Positions 13,530 through 26,165 of a stretch of 64,000 bases of DNA are shown in pieces. The notes beneath the pieces are model-generated. The model did not search any database, had not been told where the DNA came from, and saw only the letters and a program-made list of their open reading frames with translations. The stretch covers positions 115,508,001-115,572,000 of the forward strand of contig NC_058373.1 of the NCBI RefSeq assembly GCF_018350175.1. The letters run 5' to 3'. The translations under genes and the position numbers were made by a program. How positions within the stretch are numbered: position 1 is the stretch's first letter; each line of letters starts with the position of its first letter. The stretch is from Felis catus (lineage: Eukaryota).

Positions 13530-13906
13530 TCAGAACCCCCTGATGTAGCAGTAGGCCTCCAGCGTGGCAAAGAGTATGTAGAGGAGCCACAGGCTCACAA
13601 AGAGCCACGTTGTGGCCAGCTTGCAGCCACGAGGGCCGCCCAGCTCTCCGCCCAGGTGGGGCCGCCGACGGTACAGGAGCACACTGATGCACACGAACGC
13701 GAAGATGGTGAAGAGGGTGACGGAGAAGGCCAGCGTGCCGGCGGACACGTAGAACTCCTGTCCCTGCAGGGCCCAGTAGATGGCGGCCACGGACCAGGCC
13801 AGGCCGATGCCCAGGAAGACGTTGATGGCGTTGCTGCCCGTGACGTTGCCGATGGAGGCATCTGAGTACATATCCTGGATGGCAGCGGCTTTGCTGGCAA
13901 ACATAT
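13530..13906 (-). CDS. SLC8A3: NCX3 terminal coding exon (end of alpha-2 repeat and C-terminal TM segments)
   Basis: Acceptor ttttccag|AT at 13908-13907. Encodes (D)MFASKAAAIQDMYSDASIGNVTGSNAINVFLGIG...LEAYCYIRGF with TGA at 13532-13530. Phase 1 matches the upstream exon (G|AT = Asp of GTSVPD). The C-terminus is characteristic of NCX3. Confidence 0.97.
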
Positions 13907-16029
13907 CTGGAAAAGGGCAGAGACAGCAGGAGCTGGAAGGAGCCTGAGATGCGGAGGGCCCACCTGTGTGTCCAGAAGGCTGAGCTCAGGAAGGAGAGGC
14001 AAGGGCTCTGTCATGAACAGGCTGTGTGGCCTTGGACAAGTTACCTCACTTCTCTGGGCTTCAGGTTCCTCATCTGCTGGAGTGTGAAAGGTCCCTGAGG
14101 GCCTGCTGGTGCTGATATTTACTGAGTGGGCTTGCTGTTCCTTTGGGGTTATTTTTTTAGTAAGGGGAGTTTGCTATCCCACCATCTCCCCCAGGCAACC
14201 TTGGCCTCCTGGGAAGCTGCTTTGTGTAGATGCCTGATTATAACCATCACGTGGGGCATTCTCACGGAACACAGTCGTGACCCGATGCCCCCGGACTCAG
14301 CAGTGTGTTAGGTGCTGGATATATGGGGACAGAGGACATGCCAGGGAACCGTGAGGTATGGGCTCAAAGAAGACAAAGGCTCTGCCTTTGTAGTTAGTAT
14401 GTGGGGCACAGAGCCCCTCAAGCAGTTTGACTTCAGATGCTGGCATGGATTGTAGGCATTGGAAGGACTGTCAGGGACATCTAGCCACCCTTTTACTTCA
14501 CAGGTAAGGAAAATAAGGGTCAAGGAATCTACCCAAGGTCACAGGGGAAATTAACAAGACATTTGGCCCTAAAAACCTCATGGAAGGGTCCTCTGTCTAT
14601 CGTCATCCTTCATCCAGAGAGTTTCAGGCCAAGCCACGAAATCAGCGAAGCGCACCATCACATAACCTTTTTCAAGCCCCTAATGCTGCCAGCTGCTCCC
14701 TGGACCAACTGCAAGGACTTGGAAGTGCCCCAAGCTCCCTCCTTGCCCGCTTGTCCCAGCTTGCCTCCTTGTTGCCAATTTTCTCAGATCTCCTAGAGAA
14801 AACCTCTTGCCTTTTCTTGCCTATGACCTTGATTTTTCACCTCTGATCCTCTGCACTTTCTTCCCACATGTGTTCCTTTTCCCCTGTGATAGTTCTTCTC
14901 CTTCCCCTCTGATGGTTCCAGTCCCCGGAGGCCCGGAGAACAGGGATCACAGGGCATCTCCTCCACAAAGCCTTCCATGGATCCTCTGTCTAATTTCCCA
15001 CCACCCAACACATTTCCAGGAGAGCCAAATCTCTTGCATCACTAATGTAGACATAATCCCACTGCTCTGTGCTGGGGCTTGGGGAAGAGGTTTTCCTGGA
15101 GGGTGATGTCAATTTAGCTACCCTCCAAAAGGATGTGTTCTCTCAGTCCGGGAAGGGCTTCCCTAGGTCCAGCCCGCAGGGTCCTGTCTGATGGGACTCA
15201 GCCGAACCCGCTTGTCAGAGGATGCTCTCTCTTCCTTGCTGTGGCGGTGGGGAGGCACCCTGGCAGGAGTTCAGGTTCAGATGCCTTGGACACCCAACTG
15301 AACCAAGTAAGAAGCCGGAGCTAACACAGCCCTCTGCCTACTAACTGCTCCTTGTCATTCCAGCCCAGCTTCCATAAGCCTCTCTTGGAAGCCATCCCTG
15401 ATCCAGCCCAGGCCCCCTGTTTTATGCTTGCACAGCACCTCTACTTGCCCTTCATTGAACTTATCGAGATGGTTTCAGTTGCAGTAGCTGAGTGTGGTTT
15501 CTGTCACTAGCTGACGGACTCCACTCAGAGAGGGGAGCACGTCTGCCCTGCCTCCCACGATTGCCTCAACAACTAGCACAAAACTGCATCGGGCTCAGTA
15601 AACATTTGTCTAATGAATGAATAAATTCATGCCTGTTCCTGTTCGCCTTTGGGTGTTTGTAAGAGAAAAAAAGAAGGTGTAATTCATCACATGCAAGGAC
15701 AACAGCTCACTAAAGCTGCCTCTCCTGTGCCGCCAGGAGACACTTTGTACCCCACAGGTGTCCCTCGAAGGGAGGAGGCCAAGAATGCTTGGAAACGTTT
15801 CGAACGTGGCATCTTCAACTGGGCCAAACTTCTATCTCAGAGACCGCCAGAGGGAAATGGAAGAAGAGCAGAATCTATGTTCTTTGAATTACGTTGTTTG
15901 TGGCGCTCCTACAACGTGGAGGTTAAGAGAGTGGACCACTTACATGGGCAGTTGACTTAACTCTGTGCGCCGCAGTTTTCCTATCTGTCACGTGGGGATG
16001 ACAACCATGTCTAGTAAATAGGGTTTTGG

Positions 16030-16251
16030 AGGGGCGCCTGGGTGGCGCAGTCGGTTAAGCGTCCGACTTCAGCCAGGTCACGATCTCGCGGTCCGTGAGT
16101 TCGAGCCCCGCGTCAGGCTCTGGGCTGATGGCTCAGAGCCTGGAGCCTGTTTCCGATTCTGTGTCTCCCTCTCTCTCTGCTCCTCCCCCGTTCATGCTCT
16201 GTCTCTCTCTGTCCCAAAAATAAATAAACGTTGAAAAAAAAATTAAAAAAA
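16030..16251 (+). mobile_element. Young SINEC_Fc-type SINE in the last intron
   Basis: TSD aaatagggttttgg. Confidence 0.92.
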
Positions 16252-16515
16252 AAATAGGGTTTTGGTGAGCATCACAGGGATAAAACATGTCAACTGCTTA
16301 GCATACACAGTGGGTGACACATCAGAAGTACTCAAGAAACGTTAGCCCTCATTGGCAATATCATCAGGAATCCCTTTGACTTTTGTGCACCTTAGGGGGC
16401 AGAGGCTCTGTTAAGCTCAGATCTGAGACAGCAAGGACGATAATGAGGCAAAGTGTAGGGGTCACCTGACCCGGGTAATATCCTCTTTGCAAACCCGAGC
16501 ACCCCTCACTCTTAC

Positions 16516-16791
16516 CTGGCACAGAGGTGCCGAATGCCACAAACACAACAGCCGTGACTGAGTCCTTGAGGCCAATGGTGCAGCCGAAGTGGGAGGCCAG
16601 GTCCCCGATTATGGCTGTGAGCATGCCAATGATGAGAATGGACACAACGAAGCAGGCCCAGCCATGGCAGTACTCTGTGGGGGGCACGCAGGCAAACAGC
16701 ACCTTCCAGAAGACCGTCAGAAAGTGCATGACGTAGTCAAAGCAGGATGGCAGCCTCTCCTCTCCTGACTCGTCCTCATCCTCGTCCCCTG
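16516..16791 (-). CDS. SLC8A3: NCX3 exon, 276 nt (AGDEDEDESGEERLPSCFDYVMHFL...VAFGTSVP)
   Basis: Acceptor tgtctccag|CAG, donor CCAG|gtaag at 16515. Open frame, phases 1/1. Contains the alpha-2 motif GTSVP. Confidence 0.97.
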
Positions 16792-18438
16792 CTGGAGACA
16801 AGAGAAAACAGGCCCAGCAGAGGGCAGCAAGGTCAGATCCCCACTCATGAGGAGGTCGAGTCAACCCACATGACAAGCATTACTGGCTGGCAGGAGACCT
16901 CAGCTCTCTCCTGAGGAGTGGTGTGGGCCAGGGCACGGGCACCAGAAAACAGCTGGGAAACGGGACCTGAGTTGGGGTGCCCCACTGGTCAGTGTGAATG
17001 CAGGGCACCGCGGGAGACTGGGAAACAGAGGACAGGGGAATAGGGAGAAAAGGGAGAGAGAGAGAAAGAGACTGGGGGCAGAACACAGGAGGGCCAAGGC
17101 AATGAAGGAGAGGAGGGTGGAGCCGGCTGCGTCAGGTTGCCTGCGTGAAGAACAGCAAAATCAGCTGTGTGTCCCCTCTTCGCTGGACTGCTGCAATAAC
17201 CTCGTGGTTCTGGTTGTTATCCGTCCCCAGAGGGGCGGCTGTCATTCCAGATCATGCAGGCGTACCAGAGAGCCCGCGCCATCCTCCAAATATCCCATGG
17301 GACAGAGCAGGCATGGGCCCCATGGTCCTTGCCAGGAAATGTGGGCAGCGTTGCCCATTCAGCAGTCTGGGAGAAGAGGATGCGCGGAGGCATGCTGGCA
17401 CCTTGTCCAGGGCAACTTCTGTAAGGTTTTGACACCATCGGAGGAAGCTGGGTTGTGAAAGAGCAGGAGTTAGGACACTTGAGTTCCAGTCACAGCTTTG
17501 CCAGGAAGAGCATCCATAAGCTGGGAGTAAATCACCTCTTGTTTCTGAACCTCAGTTCCCCCGTCTGAGAAAGGAGGGGGTTACATGACGTGGCCTATAC
17601 TCTGCTTACTGTCTCTGTAGGGTCAAAGCAAGGTCACCAGAGAGGAAACTGGGAGTATCTGAAGCGGGCGACATGAAAAGTGGGGCAGCCGCGGCCACAG
17701 CCACCCTGTCTTCCTGGCCGTACTTCTGCTCTGGCTCTGGGGCCTTAGGGATATGACCCTGTGGGTTGTTGCTATGACAGCAAAGCCTCACGAAAGCAGA
17801 CAAGGCTGGTGGAGCTGGGCAGTACAAGGGGGCCTTGGTGATGCCAGGAGGCGCTATTGGCGGTGGCGGTGAGACCTTGCCTGGGACCCTGGCTGTGCTG
17901 TGGGCCACCACTGAGGGAATCTGTCAGTACATGCCAAAGGAGAGGCTTGGAATCATCCAGGGTGGAGGTCTGTCAGAAATCAAGGCATAGATTCTACAAA
18001 CTCCGGACCCCCACATGTCTAATCAGAAGAGTCCCCTATTTTACAGAAAAGGAGGACCAAAGCAATGAGAGGAAGTAATAATGGAAACAGGATTTTAATC
18101 AGTTTGTGTTGGTACCAGATGCTATCATTCTATTTACTTTGCTGAGAAAGGTCGAAATGGTTCCTTTTTCGAATGAGGGAATTGTGGTTCAGGGAGGATA
18201 ACTTGTTCCAGGTCACACAGTGGAGCCAGGATTTGAAACCAGAAATAGCCATGCTTTTTTAGCTACCCCATGATTCTTTTCCAAAGTGACCCAGTGAAAC
18301 AGGCAAACATCAAGGACTAGAGCTGGGGCACAGAAGCCTTCCTAGAAATGGGTAGCTGCTGATGGGGCTGTGTTCTCCCTTCTCTGGTGTTGCCTGCTTC
18401 TCCCAGTGAGGCTAGTGCCCGTCTTGAGAGCCTCTTAC

Positions 18439-18538
18439 CTGCGCTGACAGTGATGGCCTCCATGAACTGGTCCCTCCAGGAATGGGTCCCCACAACCATG
18501 GCCAGGTTTGTCTTCTTGATCAGTTTGTCCACCGTATT
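18439..18538 (-). CDS. SLC8A3: NCX3 exon, 100 nt (NTVDKLIKKTNLAMVVGTHSWRDQFMEAITVSA)
   Basis: Acceptor ccctgacag|AAT, donor GCAG|gtaag. Phase 0 in, phase 1 out, consistent with both neighbours. Confidence 0.96.
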
Positions 18539-19079
18539 CTGTCAGGGAGAGAAAAACTTGGAATCATGAGGTTAGAACGCTCAGAACTGTTGAAGAGTCT
18601 GGTGCTTCAAGGGAATGGAAAATGTCTTGCATTCCAGGCATGTCCACATGGATTCTCAAAGTAATGGCCTTGGATGATATCTGCTGGGTCAGTCTTTCCA
18701 CTTCCCTTTTCTTTGGTTGTGATGACGGATATTTGATACTTAGAGCAATACAGTAGAGCGTAACGGTAATGAGATCAATAAACTGTGCCCCGGAGCAGAA
18801 AATTTTAGAATTTCTGTTTTTAAAATGCAGTTAACAATAGTGATAATACATCCAGGGGCTTTATAGCCCATTTATTCTATATGTTGTTTCCTCCCAATAT
18901 TCCTAGGATCTAAGTGGCCAGCACTATTCATTCCATGTTACAAATGGGGAGACTGGCCCTGGGGGGTTAAATGATTTGTTCAGTTTCAACTTCACACATT
19001 CAGTGGTGAAACTGGAACAGAACTTCTATCTCCCACCACATTACCCTATTATTCAATTTGAGCTCACTTATAGCCTGAC

Positions 19080-19204
19080 CTTGAACTCAAAGGACTCTTC
19101 AATGATGACCTCTAGTTTGGGGTGTTCGCCCAGTACTGGCTTTCCCATTTCTGCTATCCTCTTGGCCTCCTCTTCCTCCACAGTCAGCTTCCTGTCTGTC
19201 ACCT
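19080..19204 (-). CDS. SLC8A3: NCX3 exon, 125 nt (EVTDRKLTVEEEEAKRIAEMGKPVLGEHPKLEVIIEESFEFK), end of CBD2
   Basis: Acceptor ttttgttgcag|AG, donor AAG|gtcagg. Conserved NCX motif RIAEMGKPVLGEH. Confidence 0.96.
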
Positions 19205-22200
19205 CTGCAACAAAACAAAATCAGACTAGCTTTAGCACATTCGCCACTCCCTAGGAGTCTAAAGGTCAGAGTGTGAGGCATGGGTAGTGGGCACAAAGCA
19301 AACTGCTCTTGAGAATGGGTCCTTTGTGTACTTTTTAGTGACTCTTTCTACACCATGCTGAACATTTTAGAGCCATCAGACCACGAGAGGGTCCCTTTCA
19401 GGCCTGGGATAAACATTCCTATTTCCATTTTATACCGGGGTGAGCAACCTGACCCAAAGACCTTCGGAGAAACAGCACCTAGTAAAGTCACCATGTCATC
19501 TGGTGAGATATTGGAGAGTTGGGAACAAAAGGCTTTAACAATTTTGAATTACTGGGCCTGACCATTCAACTACTTAATGTAAAAATTCTTGGGGGTCAGA
19601 ACCACACGTTAATCCAAAGGGTATGTCTACTGGTTCCCATTAACATCTGTTTCCAACACCACTGGGGTTGTGCCCTCTATAAAGGAGAAAGGAGGAATAT
19701 CTACACTCCATACAAGTGAACGTCATCCTCATAATGAGAACTTGGAAGATTTCCTGAAAGATTTCATGATTTTCCAATGAAAGATCCCCAGGATTTCTGT
19801 AGGAACCAGGCCCATTTCTTCTGGAACAGAAATACTTGTTCAATCAAAACCCAAAGGAAGCTCTTCCTTTACTTTCTTTTGAGGCATTCCCTGTATCCCT
19901 CAGCATCTTGACTCATTTACCAGTGGTCCCTTCTCATGTTGAATGGTGGGAAAAATTTTCCACTTCAGCTGGTGAGTCCATTTTGAGACCACTTCACCAT
20001 GAAGACATATTTTCTGGATTAGAGTGAAATAGAGATTGAATCTTTTTATTCCCCTTTGATTAGGAAATTGCTCTTGGCAGCCTGTTTCTTTCAGAGATCA
20101 TTTCAACATCTTTCCTTCCAAGTCCACATTCTTACATGCAATTAATTCTTTTATTGAGTTCCTTAATTGCTTTCATTCCACACAGTGAATCTCCTACGGA
20201 AATCCTTTGGTCCTTGGATAATCTCAAGGACAAAGTGGGTCAGAGGCCAGGGAGGTCTTCTTTTCTCTCTAACTTGGGAATCGCTGAAGCGTAGGGACAG
20301 GTGAGACTCGAGCTCTTGAAGTTGCAAGGAAAGGAATTCACCGGAAAGACGATAAGCCAAGAGTATAAGTTACCAGAGAGGCTGTTTTACATAAGGATTT
20401 TCTTAGTTGTCGTGAATGAAGATGGTAAGGAAATATGTGGACGATTCCTGAGCTGGCTGTTTTACTCAGTGCTTCTGGCAACAAACACAGAAGGCAATCC
20501 CAAAATGCTTGGGAGCTGTCCGTGGTGCTGTCCTCCCGGTAGTGTTGGTGACGGCTTTCGGAAGCAATTATTTCTCCAGGATCAATGTCCTGTCTATTTC
20601 TAAGTAAACAGACACCCTCTAGCAGCCTGATTTTATTCAATTCATTGATTCTGAGTTTTTAATGAGTTAATTATGAAGGTAAATCTGGGTGCATCCAGGG
20701 TTCTGGCTATGAAGTCAGTGATCCTAGAAACCAGACTGCAAGCCACTCTGAGAAAAAGCCTTTAGGAAAAGACTTACAGATTCTTTAAAACCATGGGTAC
20801 TTTTTTTCCCTCGACTTTACATTTTGGCACCATATCACAATGGCTATCCTAGCAGTGACCGTATTATTCTATTCCTCCCTCCCCAATTCCCCCATGTCAT
20901 ACTTTACATGTGCCACAAGAACTTTATTATACCAATATAATGAGCTCTCCAGTGACATATAAATGTACCTGTCTAACCCCTTGTCTAGCTATCAATCTGG
21001 CACTACATCCATCTGGCAGGATATTGATCTACCTACTGACCTGTCCACTCCTGTGGTGATAGTCAGTTTTTCCATCTGGCTTTTTGCAAAAATCTCTTTG
21101 ACAAATACCAATCCTTTATCTTTGGCTCTCCCATAGCTCCACAGAGGTACTCCATATAGATCGGTTAAGTGATTGATTCACATGCCTTTAAATCAACTCT
21201 GATTTAGTGTCTTGGTTTGGTAGTAATTCCTGCCTTTCCCTATTTTTATAATTATCATTCCTTTACATTTAAATTAATTTCTTGAGAGAGTGATAAGTCT
21301 CAAATCTAAAAGACCATAATGATTCTGATAATTTGTTTATGTAATTACTGAGAATTTCAAGTGAAGAGAATAAATGATAGGTGATTTTGACATTTGGGCT
21401 GACTGAACAAACTCTCAGATCTCAGAAAAGGGGGAGGGGGAAGAGAGAGAGAGTGATAGAGAGAGAATATGAATAGGATGAAAGATCGAACAAATATTGG
21501 AGGAACAAAGAGCTTGCCAGGCCAGACAAGAATAGATGTTGTGAATGCTCTACAGGAATCCTCAGGAAGAAATGGGGCGATGTAACTAATGCCCTCACTC
21601 CCAGGTTCCTGAGCTTGGCAGGGTAGCTCAGAACGAAGCGTATCTACTCTCCATCTTTCACCACCAGGCATTGTTAACCATGCTTGCCTGTCCACCCAGG
21701 AAAATTGAAACAAGAATTGGAGATTTACCATGAATTTTAAGTCTAACCATGGGCTCCTAAATGAAAAGTTTACAGACTGAAAGATCTAGAAAATGACACC
21801 TTCTTTTCCTATTTCAGTTTCTACTGGTATTTTAACAAATACGTTAAAAGTACAAGAAAGCCTAAATTAAATCACAAACTTTGTTGTGTGCGTATGTGTG
21901 TGGTTGGCGGTGGGGGTGCATAGAAGCAAGAGTTGTAACAAAGAAGCTCAAACACCTTCTCAGGCAAGAAGGTAAGTGGAGAAGTAACTCCCAATGCCAT
22001 GGCATTAATACCCTGGGGGAATAGTGGAAAATATGGAGTCAGAGGTAGTTCTTATCCTGTTGGTCTAGAGAGGAAGCAAGTGGCCAAGGAAGCTAGAGTC
22101 ATTTTTTTTTCCAGAAAGTAAAAATGTAGGGGTTTCCCTATTTATATTGTTATTCTTGTATAAGGCTGCCAAGAAGGCAAATGTCCTTACTACATACACT

Positions 22201-23148
22201 GCCCCTTCTCAAAACCAGGCTGCAGCCTGTATGTAATTTTGAATACTAGCGAATTCTGTAAGTTGTTTTGCTTCTCAAATGCTCTTAAAAATTTTTTGCA
22301 TGCTCAAAGAACTGATGAAATTTAAAATGCTATCTTAACTTACATTGAGACATCTGGTATAGCTCACGCTGTCTATACTGAGAGAGTATTACTGATATAC
22401 TGGAAATGCTTGTCTATCTGCTCGCGAAGTTGGATGTTGTTTATGATCTGATTCCACTGATGCAAGCATGCTCTCAAAGAAGGTGTATGTCCTACAACAG
22501 AACCTAGATTCTGCATGCGAATATGTCCACAGTAAATTCTCCAAGATTTCTATTTTCAGCCAGATAATTGTCCGCACCACCCATCATATCCTAATTCTTC
22601 TTCTTGTTCACGGCACCTGTGACTTCAAGGGTAAATGACAAATGAACCAAAGTTCTAGCAATTTAGGTCTCAGCTGTAATGAGATGCAACATCTCCAGGA
22701 TCAGTAAAATTCCAGATTCTTTAAAAAGTGCATTTCATGTTCTCACAGCAGCTCCTGGTTGTTTTTCCCCGGTTCCCTCAAGATCAAAGTATTTTCTTTC
22801 GAATCCCATCATGACCCTATCTGCTCCTGCCCCACAACATGAGATGACAGATGATTAAGACTCAGAAGTCTTGACCCACTATCTCTTTGGTAAGTTTCAA
22901 CTCTCTTCCTGGTCCTAGAGAAGACCAGCTATGCCTTTACCCACATCCGCTGACAAAAGTGGCGCTCAGTGAATTGTCAACTTCCTCACAATTACTTCAA
23001 GTAGGGAAATAAACCTCTCAGTCCTTAGGAGAACTTGTCAGGTTAGCTCGAGCCCGCAGTTCCTATTAAATAAATCAAAGGACATTGGTCTTAAACTAAA
23101 TAATGGCACTGGCAAGAAGTAGAAAAGATGGGGCAAGACACCTCTTAC

Positions 23149-23166
23149 CTGGAGACAACAGGAGCG
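23149..23166 (-). CDS. SLC8A3: NCX3 cassette microexon C, 18 nt (ALLLSP)
   Basis: caaacag|CGCTCCTGTTGTCTCCAG|gtaaga. Symmetric phase 1/1. Matches the known NCX3 ALLLSP cassette. Confidence 0.93.
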
Positions 23167-23519
23167 CTGTTTGCAAATGGATACCAGACAAGGGGAAGAA
23201 AGAAAAGGAAAGAGCATTAAGGTCCCATCTTGAAAGTGTCCCCAGGCTTTGTGGTTGCAGCAGTATAAGGAAAGCAGTGAGCTTAGTGGGTGAGAGCTCT
23301 GCAGCCACATGCAAAAGGCAGCATTTGGAGCATGCGCAACAGCAGCAGCAGCAAGAGGTATGAGTCACTGGAGGGACTGCTGAGCACCAGAGCCCTGCAG
23401 CCTGACTTTCCCCCCGGACCTTCCCTGTAACTCTTGGGGACAAGGGAAAAAGCAATGAGGATGGGAGGACCATTTGAGTGGAGCAGGGACAGAGTTGGTC
23501 ATTCATGATCTTCTAAGGA

Positions 23520-23593
23520 ATCAGGTTATCATATCAGGTTATCAGGCTATCATATCATATCATATCATATACCATATCATATCATATCATATC
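23520..23593. repeat. (ATATC)n pentanucleotide repeat preceded by ATCAGGTT units
   Basis: Direct reading. Confidence 0.9.
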
Positions 23594-24597
23594 TGTGAAG
23601 GAATGAGAATCCAGTTACCAGGAAAACTGTAGAGGTCGCAACCTTGCCAGCGTAGCTGGCTTGTCAGTGGAGAATATGACCCTGGGGCTTGAACAGGAGT
23701 TCAGCGTGGGCAGTGGCATAAAATAGTGAACAGTGCTCAGTCCCGCGGCTTCTATCCCTAACCTTATAATCAGATCATGCTTAGCTTCTCAGGGACTGTA
23801 ACATTTCCATGGCCACAAATAGCTTCCTAGCTACCACACTGGCCAGAACTTTTGAGTTCCCCTCAAAGAATGACCTAGTGAAAAGCTAAGTTCTGCAGAG
23901 TATTATTTTGAATGGTTTATCTTTTTATAGATACAGCCTGGAGGTTAGGGCCAGGGACTCCTACCATTTGTATCACCTGTGCCCAGCAAAGTCACTGCAA
24001 CTAGGAGGTGTTCAATAAAGCTTTGTTTTTTGCCACATATTTTGGCAATTGTAATAGATCCAGTGATGCTGCATCTCTGGATGCTGGTCTTTTTGTTCCA
24101 GAAAGGACAGGCTAAACCAGAGTCATACTAAAGCTATTTGTAGATGAAAGATGACAAATAGCAAGGCCCCTACATGGACTGGGAAGCTGGGTTAGACGTA
24201 CCTAACACAGGGCATCCCTAGCCCCTGGACTGTACTTATGTTAAAAAATTCTTGTGACATACCACACTTTCATCTCATTGGTGTCTTAGCACAGCCCCAC
24301 ACTCCCTAGCTCTTATCAAATAAAAGTCTGGGCATATCCTACCACATAGTCTTGGTACAGCTGGTGACTGATGGTGCTGAGGAAGGAGTGGGGGTGGTGT
24401 CTGTGAATTGTTTCCTCTAAAAATCTCTAGGAAGGCAACTCAGGTCTATGATCTATCATCGCACAGTTGCAACCACTGAAGACACATGTGGATCAAGAAT
24501 CTCTACAGTACATAAACAGGGCCAACAGGTCGACTTTCTGCTTTCTCCCATATGGAAGTCCAAGGGAGTAATTGATGAGTGAATCTCCTTGCTATAT

Positions 24598-24640
24598 TGA
24601 GATAGATAGAAGGATGACAGATAGACAGATAGATAGATAG
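24598..24640. repeat. Imperfect (GATA)n repeat
   Basis: Direct reading. Confidence 0.85.
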
Positions 24641-26165
24641 CAAGAAAGCTTGTTCATTCTGCTCCTTCTATGGATCTGCATGGAAGAGACTCTCCTGGCC
24701 CCCAAGTTCCAGTGGAAACCAGAAACCTGAACACATTAGTGTACCCATGTTGGCAAGACAAGGGGTAGCTCTTCCAAAAAGGTCCCTGATGCCCTGGTTT
24801 TCACTCAGATGTCCCTCCCAACACCAGGCTCATCTCTACCACAGTGAGAGGGCTTGCAGTCAGCTAGAGTTGTACTACTCTCTGGCCATTGTCTACATGA
24901 TTTGAGACTTTCCATTTAGCAGTTATAGATGGGTCAGCAAGACCCAGATAGGCCAATTCTGAGTGACATAATACCTCCAGGGTGTTTTTCCTGCTGCTGC
25001 TGATGAGAGAATCTGCAGCTGAACTTTCCCCTGTATTGATCCCCAGGGTCAGGTGAGCATCATTTATCCCTGCTCACATACCCCAGGGACATACAGGAAA
25101 TAGCATAGTTCTGTGAGTAATTGGAAGCATCTGGGCAGCTTGTCAGGGTGAGCCCATTGATGTGGTAAGAGGGGGCACGAACAGGCCCTATGACTGGGGG
25201 AGAATGCTATCCTTTCCACATGAGGCTTTCAGTGTCCAGGCCCAACAGCCTTGACCATGCTGCTCAGTGTTGATCTCAGATGCCTACTTCTGGACTCGGG
25301 TGTTTACTCTATGCCAGGGCAACCGTGTTTCCTATTCATCCTCCCTTTTCCCCTCCTCTAGCTCGTCTAGAGCATTTAATTTCACCTCTCAAGTCTGTTT
25401 TGTTTGCCAAGAATAGAATCTGCTATTTCAAATACAGGCTTTTTTTTTTTTTTTTGTAATGCAATTGTCATTTTGACCATGCAAAGTCTATGCTGTTCTG
25501 AATGCCTGAGACTCTCCCATGCAGCAGTGATAATGAAAAGCAATTTCTACTGTACAGCTTCTCACCCTGAGAACACCAGGGAATTCTGAAAATCAGGATG
25601 GGTTTTCATTTGATTCTGAGTCTAGACAATCAAGTTGTATGACCTTTTACCTTATGGTCTAATGCCAAAATATGGGAAAATCTGAAGAAACTGAAATTAG
25701 ACAAGAGACCACGTCTGGAAATGCACATATTTCCTATTGGCATCTTCCATTTTGGCATCTTGGTCACCGGGAAGATCTGGAGGATACCTGCCTGCTCACC
25801 TACTCCCTCTCCAGGACTAAGTTCCACTAAGCCTTTGCTGACATCTCATTGGACAAAGAGCCCAGTTCAGAAAAGGGGGTGGGGGTGGTGGGAGAGTCTC
25901 AAATGGAGAGTAGACAAAGGCATTTTTGCATTTGGCTGAGTCTCTTGAAGAGCACAAGGTGTATCTTGGGTCACTCTCTGTCCTGCTGTTGATCAGGGTT
26001 TATTGGGGAGGCAGAAATGAAAAGCCTCTTTAATGGTGGAATAAAGTCATGGGTGGACTTGTAACCCATTCTTCTTGTCTGGAGCCACTGCCTTCTTTCC
26101 AGCTACCCTGATCATTTTGTGCTGCTTTCATTTGCACCTAAGTAGCAGAGACTGTGGAAATTGAT

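Noticed and set aside
13341..13865. 174-aa + strand ORF (and 16527-16736, 18387-18569)
   Set aside because: These are antisense shadows of GC-rich SLC8A3 exons, with no independent gene features.
16031..16110. tRNA-like A/B boxes here and in other SINE heads
   Set aside because: These are tRNA-derived CAN-SINE heads, not tRNA genes.
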